From Octopus vulgaris (taxonomy: Eukaryota), in contig OX597821.1 in the NCBI GenBank assembly GCA_951406725.2, forward strand, positions 29,698,001-29,762,000: a DNA stretch of 64,000 bases, in the 5' to 3' direction. Position 1 is the stretch's first letter; each line of letters begins with the position of its first letter. Under the pieces are notes generated by a model, which worked only from the letters and a program-made list of their open reading frames with translations, ran no database searches and was not told where the DNA came from. The translations under genes and the position numbers were made by a program. Below, piece after piece: positions 58,062 through 64,000 of the stretch.

Positions 58062-58662
58062 CCGGTTGATATTTAATGCTTTTCTCCTCACTATGAATTC
58101 GTAGTACGCATTGTTTGTTAGTATGTATCTGCATTCACTGCGTTAACTCTACAGCTGTTATATATTTTGTTTAAGTGTGGGTGATACGCACCATTCCAAA
58201 ACCCTCTGTTAACACCAACACACACTAACCCTCAAACCCGTCGCTTCAGGCAAGCTGTTTAATAGCATACATTTGATAGTCATTTTTTCTCTTCACCACC
58301 TCTCATTAAAAAAGAAAAGAAAAATAACCCTCAAAGCTAGGCTAAATATATATTTACACAAAAATGAAAAGATTCATATGCCCAATTAACGACCGTCATC
58401 CATGTTTCTTGTTTTAGTTTTGATTTAAACACAACACAGCACAACATTTGCTATGTATCATAAACAAATATTAAAGAGCTAAAAGAAGGTTATTCGTTGC
58501 TGTAAGAGCACATGTTCGTTTTATTAGGTTTACTGGGGGGTAAAAGCATGATTTCAAAAAGCGATTTAAAATTGCAATATTCTAGTCGGTAGGACTGTGA
58601 TATCTTTAATTTCATCTTTTTGTTTTGTACTCAGACACGCTTTGCAAAATAACAATGTTTAC

Positions 58663-59245
<583 letters not shown>

Positions 59246-59850
59246 AGATTAACAAATACACGCACACACACACACACGCGCGCGCGCGCATGCATTCACA
59301 CACACAACCAGCACCACCATCATTATCATCATCACCACATTAGTGTCCACTTTCCAAGCTCCCAGAATTCCTCGGGACAGATTATCTACGACCGGATGCC
59401 CTTCTCGTTACCAATCATCTCTACTTCAAAGCATATGAAGCTTTCGTCAGGACCAGTCGTTTTCATAGAAGACTGAAAATAATGATACCGCTTGTATGAG
59501 GATGATACTCGTTTACAACTAATAAGCGTTGTCAAGACGAAGAAGCACAAATGCACGCTCACACACACATATATATCCATGCACACACTCACACACACAT
59601 ATATATATCCACATACACACACATGCACACACTCACACATGATAGGGTTCTTTTGTTAATCATATCTACTCCCAAGGCTTTCGACAGCGGGGCTATAGTA
59701 GAAGATACATGCGCAAGGCGCCACGCAGTGGAACTGAACTCAAACCCGCTAAATTGGAAAGTAAACTCCTTTACTACAGCTATTCCGGCACCTATGAAGA
59801 ACCATGCCTGCTCATTCCCGCGTGTACACACGCGCGTGCGTGAATATATA

Positions 59851-60371
59851 CCGTAAATGCTCGGGTATAATCCGCACTATTTTTTCCCAAAATATAAAGT
59901 TTAAAATCCCTAGTGCGTACTATATCCGAGGTTAAAAATGAAAAATATTTTCTAAGCAATGTCCGAGTCTATATTTTCTGTCCGGCAATGTTTATTCAGA
60001 CGCATTTTGTGATGTCAGGCTAAAATACATTAAGCTAAGTCTGATAGCAATGAAGTCATAAAAGAATCATCCATAACTTGCAGTAAGCAACATTTATTAA
60101 AATAAAAGTATTCAGAACACAGAATAACATGTAACAAAAACTATTTGCAAACATATTTACATTCTCATATAACAGTTAAGAACATCACCATTATTGTATT
60201 ACGCATGCGCAGAAGTGTTTGTTCGACTAGGTGCTGCTGGCTTAATTACGCACGACTCAAGTTAGAGAATGGGTGCATATTATACACAAGGTTTAGGTTT
60301 TTCAGAGGTACAGCCCCCTAAAACCCCCTGCGTATTATACTCAGGGGTAGACTATACTCGAGGATTTACGG
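59851..60371. mobile_element. Tc1/mariner-superfamily MITE
   Basis: TIR ccgtaaatgctcgggtataatccgc / gtagactatactcgaggatttacgg, TA/CA flanks, and subterminal repeats tgcgtactatat / tgcgtattatac. Confidence 0.8.
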
Positions 60372-60647
60372 CATATACATAAAATATTACAGATATACAA
60401 ACTCCATCGGTTATGACAGCGAGGTGTCCAGTTGTCCGATGAATGGTACGGCCTGCTCATGAAATTAATGTGCAAGTGGTTGAGTATTCCAAAATCATGC
60501 AGAATGTGACAAGGCTAGCCCTTTGAAATGCAGGTACTACTTATTTTTACCAGCTGTTTTTGAGTAGACTTAAGCAACGTGAAATAAGAGTCTTGCTGAA
60601 GTGAACCAAATTCCCAGGCCGCTAAGCCACATTCCTTCACTGTCTAA

Positions 60648-60860
60648 TACTCTTTTACTCTTTTACTTGTTTCAGTCATTTGACTGCGGCCATGCTGGAG
60701 CACCGCCTTTAATCGAGCAACTCGACCCTGGGACTTATTCTTTGTAAGCCCAGTACTTATTCTATCGGTCTCTTTTTGCCGAACCGCTAAGTGACAGGGA
60801 CATAAACAGACCAGCATCGGTTGTCAAGCAATGATAGGGGGGACAAACACAGACACATAA

Positions 60861-60895
<35 letters not shown>

Positions 60896-61050
60896 CGACG
60901 GGCTTCTTTCAGTTTCCGTCTACCAAATCCACTCACAAGGCTTTGGTCAGCCCGAGCTATAGTAGAAGACACTTGCCCAAGGTACCACGCAGTGGGACTG
61001 AACCCGGAACCATGTGGCTGGTAAACAAGCTACTTACCACACAGCCACTC
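60648..61050 (-). mobile_element. SINE family A
   Basis: Reverse-complement, near full-length copy. Confidence 0.9.
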
Positions 61051-61737
61051 TTATATATATATATATACACAACATATAATATATATATATATATACACAC
61101 AAACATACACATATCTGCGTATGCGTTTGTGTGTGTGTGTATGTGAATATGTGTGTGTGAGTATGTTTGTCTGTGCATGTGTGTGTGTACGTATGTGTGT
61201 GAGTATGTATGTGTATGTGAGCCAAATTCCCGGGCCACTAAGCCACGCTCCATCACTAATATATATACATATATACACACAAACATACACTTATCTGCGT
61301 ATACGTTTGTGCATGTGTGTATGTGTGTGTGTGCATGTGTGAGTGTGTGTACGTGTGTGTGCTGGTGTGTGAATCTGTGTAATTTAAATGAATATTCACG
61401 TGTGAGTGTGTGTATGTTTGTGTGTGACTATGTATGTGTATGTATGCGTGTGTGTGTATGTGTGTGTATGCGTACTACACGTGTGTGCGTGTGTATGCGT
61501 GTGTGTGCGTGCTTGTGCGTGAATGCGTGTAATCTAAATGAATATTTACTTTGGTAGACGTGTAAGCCGTAACAGATAAGACTATGGATTGGTAGAATCG
61601 TTAGACATTTAGACACTTAAGCGATCTCACTCTTTTTGATTTGAGTTCAAATCTTGCTGAGGTAAATCTTAACTTACATCTTTTCGGATTCAGTAAATAA
61701 ATTACCTGTCGTAAAGTCAGTTTCTTTTCCTCTAGAT

Positions 61738-61956
61738 CAGTGGTTTTCAACCAGAGTTCTACGGAACCTTAGGGTTCCGCCAGTACAGTCCAGGGGTTCC
61801 ACAAGAAGTTACAAAAATGCTAAAATCGACAGTAATTTTTAATTCTCCTGTGTAGATATGTGTGCATAAGACAATTAAATTATTGCACAGGGGTTCCTCT
61901 AGCCAGTGAAATGTTTTCTTGGGTTTTCGCTCCAGCAAAAAGGTTGAAAAGCACGG
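61738..61956. mobile_element. hAT (Charlie-like) MITE
   Basis: TIR cagtggttttcaacc / ggttgaaaagcacgg, with 8-bp TSD ctctagat/ttctagat fitting the NTCTAGAN target. Confidence 0.85.
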
Positions 61957-63200
61957 TTCTAGATTGTACCTATAAACTCTAAGGCCTATCCTTGTCACAA
62001 TGTCTCATACTGTTTCGGCCCGGAATGACATCAAGAGCAAACATACGTGAGTATCAGAGAACGCTCAGTCATTTCATCTTAATTTCAATTGGTTATTCTT
62101 CAACTAGTCGAACCACTGTTTGTTCATCGTCGAAACCGACGTAGAACTCAACATTTTGTACAAACAAATCAAATAGTACTTCGGTACTTTCCTATTTTGT
62201 ATTCAAATCCTGATGGGTTTAACGTTTCTTCTCCTTATTATCGTAAAACCGATCTCAGTAATATATTACGCTATATTATTTCTTCTAAAATCTTTGGTCA
62301 TTATTTTTGTCACATTGCTTTGATTTTGCTCAGATGAAAATTCTTAAGATGTATTGTTGTATTCCGATGAAATATGATTCTTAACTGTAGTCAACCGTAA
62401 CTTTAAAAAGAATAAATTTAACCATATCGGATTTCGAGCTCGAAGGACCTGTGAAGTCTATGATCGTAACTTCTTTACTCCAGGACAATCTGCTCCCACT
62501 CTAGCCCTCACCCACAAAAAATAAAAATAAAACCAACTAAATTCGAACATAAGACGTAATAGGAAGTAAAAGCCACCCGATATTAGTTCGATGCTATCTA
62601 TTTCAGAAGCTTCACTTCCATATGCTAATGAAATCTAAAATAATTTCAGTCAAACTTCGCTTATCTGGACATCAATTATCCAAATACAATCTCAAGATCA
62701 CATAAATATTTATTAATCACATTCTGTGTAACTGAAACCCGAGAATTATACTTACGCAACCGTTTCCTTTTTGTTGACGGTGATTAAAAGTGAATTCGTA
62801 TAACTAAAGAATATGTAAAAATGTTACATCAAAGAAGTATTACTGAAATTGATGTAATGACCACGTCTGTTATTTTACAATTATTAAAGTACCATGTGTC
62901 GATACGGTCTGTTAGTTTCATCTCAATCGATCACTTTAAACGTTGTGTAAATAAGTTAACAATAAAGTTTATAGAAAATCTGAAAGATTTAACTGAGTGG
63001 AAAAAAAAAAAAAATCAGCAGGGTTCTTCCTGAGTATATATATTTCTAACAAATAATCGAATTTCCAGCTGTTATTATGATCGCGAAAATAAAGCGAACG
63101 CAAATATTCGTATGCTCAGGATTCAATGAAGGTAAAACAAATCACATTTTATTGCAGAAACCCTCCTTCGTAATTCCTCTGGTTATTAATGTCAGCTAAC

Positions 63201-63615
63201 GGATCTTTTCGGTTTGAACGGCAGTTTTTAACATAATTTCCAGGTAACTAAAAAATTTTAAACTTCGTATACTGGTAGAATGTGTTTATAAAACATCTTT
63301 TTCTCTTGGCTTTATTGAGAAAATTTTATAGTTTATAAGATATTTGTGTTTTTTTTTCTTCAATTTCTGCAATTTCAACCAATCAGTGACGTCTATTGAG
63401 TTAAAAAGCATTCTGTGCCGTATGAATATGTCCCTCGTTTAAGAAACAGATCGGGTTTATTTACATTTCTGAAGAAAAAAAAGATATCCTTCCCTCACCC
63501 CTAACCCTAACCCTAAAACAGATTGAAATGCAATAGATCGATACTAGGGTCACAATTATGGGTGACAATTTCATATGACACCGCTAAAAAACTGCCGTTC
63601 AAACCGAAAAGATCC
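63201..63615. mobile_element. Non-autonomous DNA transposon (Merlin-like MITE), same family
   Basis: Same TIRs, perfect 8-bp TSD cagctaac, internal (CCCTAA)3. Confidence 0.92.
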
Positions 63616-64000
63616 CAGCTAACTTGAAGGAGCTCCAGTAGTTCCATTTTCCTTCCAGTTCCCAAATTCGTGTCGCTTATGCACAGCCGTAATGTTGGCA
63701 ATATGATCGTCAGAAAAGCTACTAATTACACAGTCGATAAGTTCTCTCACCTCAAAGATTTCAGCCCATCTTCTGGTTCTTTGCTTATGAGATTTCGGCT
63801 TTTGCAGAATCCCCCAACTTAAGATGACTTGATAAATACCACTCCTGCTTGCTGTTGTAGCAATTCATAAAGTGAATATTAGAGGGCGATATAACATCGA
63901 ATTGTGTCATATTTTACAACGGTCTGGCAACAAAGACACTTTTACCTGTCCGCTTAATCTAACAAGAAGTAACAGCAAGATTTTCATTAAATTACATCCT

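Noticed and set aside
63624-64000. Faint piggyBac-transposase-like translation on the minus strand
   Set aside because: Similarity is too weak and frameshifted to support without a profile search.

Overview
Repeat-dense, AT-rich animal genomic DNA. It is most likely from an octopus (inferred from the tRNA-derived and Nin-domain SINE set and the extreme TA/TATG/CA microsatellite load). No host protein-coding gene can be supported, and almost all ORFs in the track are microsatellite or SINE artefacts. The only long real ORF (42524-44449, minus strand) is a Penelope-like retroelement (RT plus GIY-YIG endonuclease). Its 3' UTR carries a hammerhead ribozyme with a U3-A8 core variant. The window also holds several other minimal hammerhead motifs: a tRNA-headed (Pol III) SINE-like element ending in a canonical hammerhead, a four-copy family with an unusual CUGUNGA core, a perfect palindrome encoding a hammerhead-like motif on each strand, and a motif with a very long stem II. 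Together these suggest a set of non-autonomous ribozyme-bearing elements mobilised by Penelope-like machinery. Also present are decayed Ty3/Gypsy, R4/Dong-like, RTE, CR1-group and Penelope-like fragments, hAT, Tc1/mariner and Merlin-like MITEs, three SINE families, and a G-U-rich long hairpin in unique sequence near 39.4 kb.
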